Assembly: GCA_964247055.1 (NCBI GenBank)
Contig: OZ176051.1
Coordinates: 14,570,001-14,634,000, forward strand
DNA from: Paragordius varius
Lineage: Eukaryota > Animalia > Nematomorpha
Length of the DNA stretch: 64,000 nucleotides
Direction: 5' to 3'
The translations under genes and the position numbers were made by a program. Within the stretch, counting starts at the first letter, position 1. Each line of letters begins with the position of its first letter. Positions 13,827-26,270 of this stretch are shown here, piece after piece. The notes beneath the pieces were generated by a model. The model ran no database searches. It saw nothing but the letters and a program-made list of their open reading frames with translations, and was not told where the DNA came from.

Positions 13827-14395
13827 ACATTTGCACTTCAAGAATGTCCTTGAAAACTTCAGGTTGGTCCTAAAACATTTCAAGTTGGTTGAACACTTCA
13901 GTATGGTCCTTGAACATCATATTGGTCCTTTAACTTTTTTGTTTTGTTTTAAACTTTTATCAATCAAATCGTAATATTTTATCGTTTTTGACCTTTTCAA
14001 ATTTTTAAAATAAATTTTAAATATCAATCTTTAATCAGAAACCGGATATCTTTTTTTACTTTCTTAAAATTTGTATGGATATTTATAAGATAACCTAATT
14101 AAATATATAAGTTTTCTAGGTTATTATTTACAATTTTTCATTAAAAACCATTTAAAGTTAAATATTTTGTTAAATTGGAAAAAAATTAGTTTGAAATAAA
14201 ATTGGTATTTGAATAAAAAATTTTATTTTCAAAAAATAGAAATATATAATAAATAAAGAAAATTAGGTTTAAAAATAATAAATAAAAAAATACATGCAAT
14301 TATGGTTAACTCAAAATTTAAAAATTTTAAGGACCAACTTGAAGTGCTCAAGAGCCAACTTGAAGTGTTCAAGGACACTCTTGAAGTGCAAATGG
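13827..14395. mobile_element. Same GGTCC-unit MITE subfamily
   Basis: Same arms and core as 27234-27887, more decayed. Confidence 0.8.
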
Positions 14396-15149
14396 TATAA
14401 TTATTGTATTACAATTAAATTTAATGAGAAATTGTTAACTAAAAATACTTTAATTCTTTCGTCATTTATCTCGGGAGTTTCCCATTAAATTTCTTTGTCC
14501 TATTAATAATTCATACCTCAAGAGAGGACGTGTAAGCACCCTATTGAATAAATTAAGCCTTATTATTATATAAACTATAACATCTACTCCCAAGAGCAAT
14601 CATTTTAAAATATTATTTTATTATTTGTTTAATAGAATAACAAAACATCGCCGGGTAATATTATTAAATATATAATCTATAAAGCGCAATTCATGTTTAA
14701 AATTTATCAAATATGTCAAATAATTATTAAATTTAGTGCATTAGCATATAAATCAGCCCCTAGTTAAGAAAATTAATGTCAAGTAATGGAAAAAGATATC
14801 ATTTCTAAGGCTATTATATCCATATAATTCTGTGTGTTGCTTCAACTTTCAACATTTCTTATCAAAAATCTTGAAAGAAACACATATCCAATATTTTTTA
14901 CAAAAGATAATTTATTTTATTTACACTATAGGGAAGGGTTTTAAATCAAAAAATTATTTAAATCACCATATTACAATTGGAACATATTTTGAATTATAAT
15001 GTATTTCGCCTGATCTGGCCTAACAGAATAAAATTTGGTTGTTAAAAATGTAAATTCTTATGAATTCCAATTGTAAGAATTGCTAGAAATCAATTTTGTA
15101 AACTACGTTCTTGTTTTAGTGGCGGTTACCATGGAATATTTTCTCTCAG

Positions 15150-18100
15150 AAATATCGAAAAACTCATTTTACATCCGAACTTTTGTTGATAAAAAAAAGA
15201 ACATTCCAATACCGGATCAGCATAATACCTTTTCTTCACAAATCGCAAAACGAACACAAAGAAAGAAACCAAATGTTGATCATCACAAAGTAATTCATCC
15301 AAAAAAACAAAACAGCCCAAAAAAGAGTGGGAGCTTAGTTGGTCAAACTGCTGCATTAATTGGGGGTAAAAATTAGTTAATAAAATAATAGTAGGATTAG
15401 TTTAAATTTGTTAATGGTACAATGTATATACATATATTGTAGCTGCGGCGACAGGTAAATTTTTTATATTTTTAATTTTATAACATTTATTGATAAAAAT
15501 ATTTACAACAGGTGTGATTGGTGGTATGTTATATTATTTATTCAATTATTATTTTCGATTAATAAGTTTCTTTTGTTCGGGAGACATATTGTATCTTATA
15601 GTTTTTTTGCATTACTTTTTCTATCAGAAAAAATAGGGGTTGAGTCAATGCATTAAATATCTTTGAAAAGGCTTTAAAAGTTGACTATTTGGCTATACCT
15701 TTTTATGACTCCTATATATCATTTTTCAATAGTTTATAACATTTTGTAAAAGCGTGTCAGGGATTTTATTTTAACAGGTTAATATTATCGAAAGGGGTAA
15801 TATATTTGGAAAAGATGGATTAACACATGGTTTATTTCTAACTCTTCTGTTTGAGTGTCATACTGTCCCCGTCTATCTCTCTCTCTCTCCTCTCTCGCTC
15901 TCTCATATATTTCAAAGCATATCAAACCATATGATTTAATTTGATGACTTTATATAAATTAATATAATGTTAATTTATTAGTATGCATTAAATTTTGTTA
16001 AAAATTTAACTTTTTGTAAGTATGCCAATATTAATGTTATTCAGCCGTCGTGGGAGCCGGAGCTTCGGAAACACCAGAAGTGATTGCTGTCGCCCAAGGC
16101 GTCAATGATATGGAGTTGGGTGAAGATGTAGCACAAAATCTCGCAAACAACGAAAACCCAGCTGTTGAAGAAAATAATATTGAAGAACGACAAGAAAATC
16201 CAGAAAGAAACTCAAGATCTGACCATGAAACTAATCAACCTTCTCAGTCGACTTCAAATTCCAGTAGTTACATATTATTTATTTAAAAAAAAATTGAAAT
16301 ATACGGACAAACCGTAAAATAAAGGCAACTATTTTTTCTAAAGTAACCATTTTTTAAACATAATTAATATAATTATTAATTATTGCAAAATATATAATTG
16401 ATTGTGTTACCGATATACTCTTAAAATTTGAAATTAAAGCATTAATATATATTTCTAACTATTAAAAGAAAATTCAGCCTTTTAAAAAAATAGTATTTAT
16501 ATACCAACCTTTTGTCCGTTTATTTCATTATTTACTGTATATATGGCAAATGTATGATATATTAATTAGTTGTTGCACTGATTAGATAAATAATAATATT
16601 TTTTAATTTAGGAAATCCAGCAGCGCAGAATGCTAGATTGGATACAGAAGATATCGGTAATTTTAAAAATAAAAATAAAAGTACGAATGAAAATAAAAAA
16701 CAAAATTAAATATATTGTATTATTTAGCTGATCGACCAGAATATACTCCAGAAGAAATCGAAAATGGTAAATTTTATATCAAAAATTTATATAAGTCGCA
16801 ATTATAATTTTATTTATCCAATTTTTAAAATAATATAGCCCGAGAAATCGTGGATCGATACGGTAGAACCTAAACACGATATTATATTAAAATTTATCAT
16901 TTGAATGAATATATTGTTATGTGTATAATGATAGGAATGTAAAATTTAAAAACAGGTTGTAATTTTTATAAATAAAAAATAAAATAAAGTACTATGATAA
17001 TTTCCTATCTATTTAGCTCTACACAATATAGAAACTCGTAAGGCAACTGAATACAGAAATCAATTTATTTCATTCTAAACTTCATATATTTAGGTGCAGA
17101 GAATGTGGTGTATGAAGCGGAACATATAGTTACGAGTAAGTTTTTATAAATTACTGATAATTTATACGGAAATCAAAATTATACAGACTAAACGCAAACA
17201 TCTTAGACTAATATTTTTTCTAAGGATAGCAATACTTTTAAACCATGTGAATTTTGGCTTCCAAAATATGGAATGTAGATGTATATTGGTGAGGCTTTAT
17301 TCAACTATCATGGTTTAAAAGAATACGAGAGTCTTTTTAAAAAATAATTATTTAACGTTTAATTTGTTTATTCGATTGTATAACTAAAGACACCAGGTTT
17401 CTTGGAAGAGGTATTGAAAATATTTATACATAAATACGTATAATATTTGCGGAAATATTTAACAGATTTAACATGAATAATTTTAAATATTAAGCGCCTG
17501 CACAAATCCAACCGTTAAGCCATGTAATGCATAAATGTTTTGTTTTAAAACTTAAATTCTTTTAAAGGACATATATCTGACCAATTTTGTGACTGTGTTT
17601 TATGCTAAATTGATTTGTTATCAATATTTGACCGGAATAACAGTTTATCCCATTTTATATTAAAATTAGTAAAATTGCACATGCATAATATTATAGATTA
17701 AAAGTTAATACAGGATGAAAATGGCTTTTTAGCGTCTTTTTAACAAAATAGGCGCTTTCGGTTACCTAATATTAACATTATAATAATCCAACTTAGAAAA
17801 GCTTACTTAATGTTTTATGATTGGCTAAATTTATTTTTAAAGCGTTATAACAGTAAAAACTAATATTATACAGACGAATCGCTAAAAATATTATTAAAAA
17901 GACAGCCATTTTTAAACTTGTTTAAGTTTATGTCGTCGTTTTGAAATGCAATACAAAACAAGATGTAATTGGCAACTGAATTTATTTCGAGGTGATCATA
18001 ATAAAGATCAAAGGATAAAAATGCCTATTTTTCGTTATTTTCGAATGTGTCAGGCTATATATATATATATATATATATATATGTGATTATAAATAATATT

Positions 18101-21100
18101 TTATTAAATCTTAAGACTGTATTGCAAACACAATAAATTTATTGTAATTCATTGCACTTACTTAAAAAGTTTCTGGGAATTAAAAATCTTATTACAATTT
18201 GCGAAAATAATGCAAGATAAAGATTTGCAAATATTAAGGGGTCGCATAAAACGACTCAGCGGACTGCATGTGGGGCCTTGAACATCATTTGTCCAAAAGA
18301 TTAACATATGATCCAAATGTTTAGGTTTAATAATTATTAACTAGAGTAAATAACAGTATAAAAATGTATTTAACAATTGCTGTTTTCTTCATAATAAATT
18401 ATTCGATTCCCTAACTCTTTTAATTTTCCATATTCTACTTTAATTAAGAATAACCGGTTACTATTCGCAAAATTAAAATACCGGTAACAATTATTTATAA
18501 AGCAAAAATTGTTATCCACGATTTTCAGGGATTTGGATCTAAGTTTAATCAAAAAATTCTATATATAAGCAGTATGTAATATCACTGTTTAGTCATACAT
18601 GTATATATTTCTAATTGTATTTAAACAATCAATTTATAGTATGCTATACGCTTACTTATTTATATTTCTATATGAGCTAAAATATTTTCATATTTTTTAT
18701 TCATCTAATGTAAATTAAATTATTAGTTCGAACAGCACTTTTTTACGATTTAATGGCATTATCATTATTTAAAAAAAATAAAATCCAGGTATCCAGAAAA
18801 GGGTGTGGCAAGCATGGTTCCAACCGCCACTGTCCGCACAGGACGACCATTACCGCCTTCCTGCGCTTTTACACGCTTCAGGGCAGGGGGCGCCACTTCA
18901 TTGCTGGGTGTTTCTAGGGGTATATAGAGTAAACATGTAGTACCACAGATAAATTAAGAGCGATAATAATAGTAATATTAAATTTTATATAATTTACCCC
19001 CTAATAAAGTATTTAAGGTCACAGACAACCACAGACTGTCCCCCACCGTATCCGCCCTTTTCGCAGATAGTTTTTGAAGCCGGCGCTCGCGTCGCTTTGG
19101 CGTAGTGTATCCTCTTCTCTTCCTTTAACAACACTCTCTTAATCTGGGCACAACTATTCTTCCAACCTCCGTTCAGCACTAGTGTTACAAAGTCTGACTC
19201 CGCAAGGCCCACACGCTGCAGGAAAACACACATACGTCCAAGCCATGTTTTTTTATACTTCCAATAAACTGGGCGACCATTCAATTTCCATTCCAGTGCC
19301 GCCTTAAGCGAACTCTTTTCGTTATGGCGTAGCTGGTGGGCTACCACATTCAGACTTGACAATGGTATTCCCACTAGAGACAAGGTATCGGTTTTTAAAT
19401 GAAACTTACAAGTGGCAAGTTGGCACCGTGTTTTCCTGTATCACCTGTGATGATTCTTAACGATTTATTTACAAATAACTGAGCCTTGCGGGTATGCTTG
19501 ACAGAATTTGGCCACACCGAAAAACCATATAGAATTCTAGGGAGGATTAGACTTTTAAATATTTTCAACTTCAACCTTTGACCAACCTCTTTCGAGCGCG
19601 ATAAACAATGTAATCCGTCGAAGGTAAGCTTTGCGGAATGCAATCTGAGTAGAGGTGAGTTAAGAGCGCATCCGTTTTTGTCCATCATAACTTCCAGGTA
19701 TCGAAAGCCACAACCTCCAGCTCCCCTCCATTGAACATCCTCATATCAGACCCACCTATTATCATCACTTTTGACTTTCCATAATTAATATTTAGGCCAA
19801 TAAGCGTCAATTCAGATTCCAGCTGATCCAGGGCCTGTCCCAGGTTCTGCTCCGTATCCGTTAAGATGAAAAGGTCATCTGCATAGCAGAGCACCAGGAA
19901 AAAGACGTTGGGGAAGCTCGCATATAACTTCCCTACTATTGAGTCCATAGCTAAGTTAAAGAGCTTTGGGGACAGAGGGCATCCTTGCTTCAGGCCTAGT
20001 TCTGAATAGATGTAGTCCGAACGGGTCGTTTCAACTGCCACCCGACTACGTGTACGGATTATCAAGTGAAGTATAAAGTTCTTAAAGTTTTCCTCCACAT
20101 CAACCTTCTTCAACAAACGCATGACGTGCTTCCTATCCAGTTTATCGAATGCATTGGCTATATCCACAAAACCCAAGTAGAGCGGGTGCTTATGTCGCCT
20201 GCTTTTCTCGATAAAAATTACCAAAGAGCAGAATAAATCCATCGTTCCCCTTCTCCGCCTAAAACCACAGATTGCGTGATGGAGTTTATCATCAAAGGAC
20301 TGTAGTCTAGACAGGGCAATGTTGGCCAAAACCTTGTACCCTGTATTCACCAGGGCTATACCCCTGTAATCATCAGGGGTGCCTGGATTATCTTGTTTTG
20401 CGATATTAATTATCTCGCATTCCACCCATTTCTCCATCAGTGTGCCACGTTCTAACCAACTGTTGATGATAGGTAAGATATTGTCAGTCTATTTCCTTCT
20501 TCCAGGCATCCACCGCGCTGCGGTCTGGCCCACTTATAATTTCGTACAAATTCAATACCTAGGCGAAATGTTACTTCATCAAATTTCAAGGAGAATGGAT
20601 AATCATTGACAACGTCATCCTGGGTCATTTTATTATTCCCCAACAGATCAACGTAATGTCGGTGCCATGAGATCACATTCTTCTGGCTATTTATTATCAG
20701 CCTGCCATGAGAATGCAGACTAGTACAGGGTCTGGGTCGTCGAAGCAGGAAACGAATCATTGAATAGTGTTCCCTGTGTTTCTCATTAGCCGCCAGTTTA
20801 GTGAAATATCGTGAAATAAACGCATGCCTGTCCTTGCGTTTCAAGCGATCCGCATTGGCTCTAATCCATGCTCTGCGACGACTCGTGTAACATTTATTCC
20901 GTATTGCATGGAGAAATTGTTTAGTCCCAGCAGATAGCCAATCCTCGTAGACAGCATGTCTTTGCTTGATTCTGGAAAGCTCACCAAGCACAGTGGCCTA
21001 TTCTGATTTTGGACCTATGAAGGGGCGCGGAGGGGCCCAGGTCACCTGTAACACTTCAGCGCAGATCAAAAAGTGATCGCTGATCAGGTCGTTGTATATT

Positions 21101-24100
21101 GCGCAGCCAACTTTCTTCACCATTGATAGATCTTTCTCTCGTATAATGACGAAATCAATTTGGGAAGGGCACACGTTCCATGCAATTCTTATGTACGGAC
21201 CATGTTGGCTATCTGGGAAAAAGGTGTTGCCAATCAATGGACGACGATTATCACAAAGGGATGCGAGAAGTCTACCTGCCTTGGTGGAAGTAGTAAGAGT
21301 GTGTCTTCCAATAGCCCACGATGATATGTTTCTTCCCATCCTGCAGTTCATATTACCAAAAATCAGGAGGCGATTCCGTGCCGGTACCGAATCCAGAATG
21401 GATCCTAGATCATTCAAAAATTCAGGATATTCTGAAATATCATGAGGGCCGTAGGCGCTAATAAGCGTATAATATTTAGTGCTGATTTTTATTTGAAGAT
21501 AGGCCAATCTATGAGAATGCGGCACAAAGTTAATAACCCGTCTCAGAATTTTGTTCCTTACCAAGAATCCGACACCTCCAGATATACCATTTGCTTTGCT
21601 GAAGAGGGTGAAGTGTTGGCCAAATTTTTGGCGACCATCGAAAGTGCAACGAGTTTCCTGAAGACAAAGAAGCTGAAGGGAGTTATTTGCGCAAATCGTC
21701 CTTACCTCCGCCAATTTGTTCTGAATTCCAGGGATGTTCTAAGCGCCAAACTTTAGAAGATGTGGGGTAGACATATGGATATATAAAGAGGTAATAAAAT
21801 TAAATTGTACAATAAATAAAATATAGCTGAATCTGATAAGAGCTGAAACGCGGGTAATAAAACTTGGTTTATTTCTTCCCGCTTCAACATATAATCTTAT
21901 CAGTAGCAATTCCCTATTTCGCGTTAATTCACGCTGAGTTGCAAATTAAAATATGTATAAAACATTGAACCATTTTTATCCACATTCTTTAAACACGCAC
22001 ACGCATAGGAGTAGGATGCATTTTTTTACAAAACCAAAAATACGTATCTCTCCTTTCTTCATAAGTAAATAGGGTATCTTATTATTGCCACCCCTGGCTA
22101 TATTAAATGATGAGTGGCAAAAATGACAGTCTATGATCTTCTCATATATGTTTTTGAATATTTCGAATTGATCTAATCATAAAATATTTCCTTATATCTC
22201 TTTTATTTAATCAATAATTTAATTTTGAATTTATTAATTATCTAAATTATGATTTTTTAGTTTTACGCATGACTGGGCTAAGACTTGAAAGCCATTTGCA
22301 TGGTAATGAAACAATTTAAACTTTATACAGCTTTAGGTGAATCAAGTATGCATGTATTGATAATCGATATAATTAGATTTCATAGAAAGTAATTATATTA
22401 ATGAATATTCGACAACTATTTAAAAGGGCCTAAAACTAAAAGACAAAATGTTTTTGAAAAGACACCCTTATATGCTACCTGGATTTTTTTCAATACATTT
22501 GGAAGCATATATAAAATATACAATCGAATTATTTGTTACCAAATCATATTTATTTTTTGTTTTGCAATGAATTATATTAAAAAACTAGTTTTTAAAATAT
22601 GGTTGTCTTTTCAAAAAATGTTTCGGAATTTACATTTTGTCTGTTTTATTTATTTTTACCTTTTTCATTATTAATAATTTTTGCATGGCAGTTTTAAGGG
22701 ATCAAATAACAAGTATATATTTAATAATTGTGAAAAATTTTGGGGCAAATTACTGGTACAAAAATGTAAGTAAAGAAGGCCGCAAATTAGAAACAGCTTT
22801 GAGAGCTAATTTTTGGTTGGAAAATGAGATATAATTGCAAAGTTATTTATATATTTTAAAAATGTGATAATATAGCTTTCTAAAAAAAAACAGGGTTTTC
22901 CAATGCATGATCTTTTTTTACTGTAATTACAGGGTTATTATATTTCCACATACTGTTGTTTAAAATTACTCTCGGAAAATAAAAATGGGTTTATACGCCA
23001 GTTAGATATCAAAGGTTTTGAGAGATTTTTGACAGAGTCCATTTGGTGTTATGTATAAAGAATGAGATTATTGGACGATTATATTCTGTTGTTGCAATTA
23101 TATAGTAGATATTTATACAAAGCAAAATAGAGATTTTCGATTTTTTTAGGCAAAGCTATAAGCCCATTATCGTTTATTATTAGATGCATGAGAATTTTAA
23201 GTTGATATGTGAAAAAGAATATGTATGACGATCATCTCATTCTTATAAATTTATATTTATTTCTTAAAATATTGCTTTGGAAGTAATCACAATAAGGGTA
23301 AAGTTTGTGCCTCTCGGAAAAAAAAGGAATTGTAAAAAGATAATCTATAATTAATTGGGCGATCCCCAATGGTATATTAACAAATAATAAATAATATAAT
23401 TAAATGTGTTGGTAAAGATTATAACCCGAACTATGTTTCAGGTTATAGTTCAACCGATTATACGTGTAAATCATAAAAATGCGCGATTTAAAACGAAAGG
23501 CTGTTGAACGAGGAATTAACCCGGAAAATATGAGATGGTAAAAGGTAGGCTGCATAAAATACTAATAGTTAGGGTAATAAAAGGAAGAGGCAAGAATCAT
23601 ATTTGTTTTTTTAAACATTTATAATGCTGAGTTTTGGGGCTTGAATCACACACAGATATTTGAAATTATTATTTTTTAACTAGATTTACGGCAACTTCTA
23701 GAAGGTATCAATATGTATTATATAATATTACCAACAGGCGTTGAGGACGAGTTTCATGGTATTTTCGCAATATAGCATTATTTAAATTAATTAAAATTTA
23801 ATTGAACCACATTTTGTAATAAACGATTTACATATTAAAATCATAATTTGAGTTTTTTATATTAGTTTTTGAACAAGGATTCAGTGGTAAGTTTTTTGGA
23901 TAAATGCGTAATAAACTGTTCTATTCTAATATTTAAATTTTTACCCCAGACAGTACATCCGCAACTCTAGGTGAATTAATATATATAAACCGATAAATAA
24001 TTAAAATGAATTATTATATTTTAGCCAGCGATCAAAATATAGTGGGTAAAATTAATATTTGTATTATTCATTATCCATGGCAGAAATATCCGAAGACTTT

Positions 24101-24166
24101 AATGGTATAATATAAATTGTTGTTAACATAATTCATAATACATAGACGCAATAAACGCCGAAGAGT
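15150..24166 (+). CDS. Micro-exon gene, copy A; unknown product (basic region, Gly/Ala hydrophobic segment, acidic low-complexity region, run of 7-aa modules); ends not resolved
   Basis: AG/GT-bounded, phase 1-1, stop-free exons: 15150-15365 (216 bp), 15443-15454 (12), 15512-15523 (12), 16045-16263 (219), 16612-16656 (45), 16728-16766 (39), 16839-16862 (24), 17017-17037 (21), 17094-17135 (42), 17390-17410 (21), 22261-22302 (42), 22331-22345 (15), 22377-22388 (12), 22692-22712 (21), 23684-23704, 23738-23758, 23866-23886, 23950-23970, 24025-24045, 24084-24104, 24146-24166 (each 21). The last 18 each have a homologue in copy B. The first three have no homologue inside the window and are less certain. 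Confidence 0.85.
18790..21774 (-). mobile_element. RTE-clade-like non-LTR retrotransposon (single APE endonuclease + RT ORF), near full length, inactivated
   Basis: ATG at 21774; APE motifs (LCLQETR, GNMNCR, SQIDFV, SDH) at 21714-20998; RT motifs (YRGIALVNTGYKVL, FVDIANAFD, GLKQGCPLSPKLF, YADD) at 20437-19685. At least two in-frame TAG stops and several frameshifts; GC clearly above the flanks; no ORF1 upstream. The 3' boundary is uncertain (18790-18994) and no TSD was found. Confidence 0.9.
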
Positions 24167-25559
24167 GTAAGGGATTTATTTTTTGAAAATTTATTTTCTA
24201 TTAACATTTTAAACTTATTTTTAATACATTAATTTCGTATCCATAACCTGCTAATCAACTCTGCGGGTGTAATCAGCTTTAACCCTTGTGTGAGTTAATG
24301 CTTTGTTAAACCCATCTTTTTATTGGGTTGCCTTTTTTCCTTCAACTAAATAAATGTTTCATTTTGGCAAAAACAACGAATCTCTTTTCGACCAAAACTA
24401 ACAGTTTAACCTCTATTCTATCGATTTAACATCCGTTTTATATCTATCCTTTACTTTCTTTCTCGTTCAACCAATTTTTGTAAAAATGCTGCCGATTTTT
24501 AAATGCTCATTTCTATGACTGGATTGTATCCTCTCTCATAAAATATTAATATTTCTATCGCATAAAACAATAAAGTATTAAAATTTATCCAACAAATTCA
24601 TTTAATATATCTATTTACATCGAAACTTGGATGTTCGCAGATTTTACTTTAAAAAATCTGTTGACGTTCATGTAGTGATATCTATAGATAATATTCATCT
24701 ATTACTCTTTATTAACCTAAACCCGGCGTTTCAGTTTGATAATCCACTTGTTAATGTTTGTACTTAAGCTAGTGTTAAAAATCCTAACCTTTAATGAGTT
24801 TTCGGAATTAAACTTATGCTTCTTTTAAAAACATAGAAAAATAGTTTGTATCTTAATATTATACATTATTCGGTATAATAATGATTGATTAAGTTAAAAT
24901 AATTTGTTTCATAAAATTTAAAGATGGGTACTAATTTCTATATAAAATACAACATAAAACCAAGATTTTTTGGGGGGTTGGGGAGTTATCTTGCCAAAAA
25001 CAGTATAAACTGATATTATTAATTTTTGACTGCAAATTTATACAGTTTAATTATCAATATAAAGACATGGATGCTATTGGTAATTAGATCAGAGTAAACA
25101 TTCACCACGATTTTTTATTAAGGAAAGTTATTTAAGTTTTAGCTTTTTCAATGGGATTTCAAATTTAATTATTTATCATATGATCATATTTTATTTTTCA
25201 AATCGTTAAGGATACATAGTGTTTTTAACCGATAATTTTTTTTATAAAATAATAAAAAAATAGAATTTAATTTTGTTTTCTAAATCCATCCAAATGGATT
25301 GTATGATTTATGGTATTTACTTGATATTTATTTATTAGCTGATATAGACGATAATGAAATATGACTTGGTGAAACACGATGAAGAAAACAACATTACTTT
25401 ATTTAACATTAAAAAATTTATGTTGAGTAAATAGATTATATAAAATGTTGCCAATAAATATATATAAATATTATTTTAGTGCCTTCTTTAGATTAAAAAT
25501 TTAAACAATAGAATAATATATTAATTTTTAGTCCATTATTTTATAACGACTTGAGTTGT

Positions 25560-26270
25560 ATTGAGAAGCTCTGTCCATATTATAAATCAAGGTTTGAACT
25601 TAAGTACACTATATTTGTGTAGAAGCTAATTATCTAGAGACTCTTAGCTTTCTTACCGATTACAGAGTCAATTGAGGGAAAGTGAGTATTATTGTTTTGA
25701 GTATCGAGCCGCGTTTTGCTGCTTCTACGGGTTTCCTCGACTAGCCAAGGATAATATTCTTTTGGAGCGATTTGGTTCTGTGAGATGGAGATATTTAATT
25801 GCCTGTATATCTGATCGTAAAGCAGAATTGGTTTGAATCAGAGATTTGGGATTTTGCCTAAAATTTTCTATAAGAACCACATTTAATATGAGTCGGGCTT
25901 TATTGATGGATTCAAATTTCCTTAATTGCCGATAATATCAAGGGGTTATCGTTGCCGAATCCCAGCTGCAGTCAAATAAATGATTAAGCCTAGATATTGT
26001 GTAACTTCAGTCCGATAAAATTTGTTCGCTGTGTTTATTTTAGATACTCATGTCAGCAAGTAATTGTTCTAACAGAACCGTATAGTAAGCGTACCGGATA
26101 TTCGTAACAATAAGATCCAATATTCCTTTATATGTTGCCAAAAATGACAGGTACGAATTAACTTCAATATACAGGTTGAGAAAAGTGCATAAAGAACACA
26201 TCCTTGTGTCACACCTTTGTGAGATTGGGACGGCCGTATTATGTTTTGGTAACAGCTGTTTGTTGCCATA
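25560..26270 (-). mobile_element. Decayed non-LTR RT fragment
   Basis: KGVTQGCVLYALF (RT GVxQG motif) and a TQYLG remnant downstream. Confidence 0.5.

Noticed and set aside
15982-16015. 34-bp exon ending at the GTAAGT at 16016
   Set aside because: Phase 0-1, incompatible with the upstream phase-1 exons, and the donor is not present in copy B.
17568-17588. Extra 21-bp phase-1 candidate (HISDQF) in copy A, and a 33-bp candidate at 61025-61057 in copy B
   Set aside because: The counterpart in the other copy lacks matching splice sites or frame; left out of the models, though copy-specific exons remain possible.
21092-21756. Plus-strand ORFs 21092-21445, 21442-21756 and 20379-20609
   Set aside because: Antisense shadows of the GC-rich LINE coding strand.
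24270-24300. Possible terminal exon (tcag|CTTTAACCCTTGTGTGA), with a similar site near 56740 in copy B
   Set aside because: Weak acceptor context and different stop positions; the 3' end cannot be fixed without cDNA.
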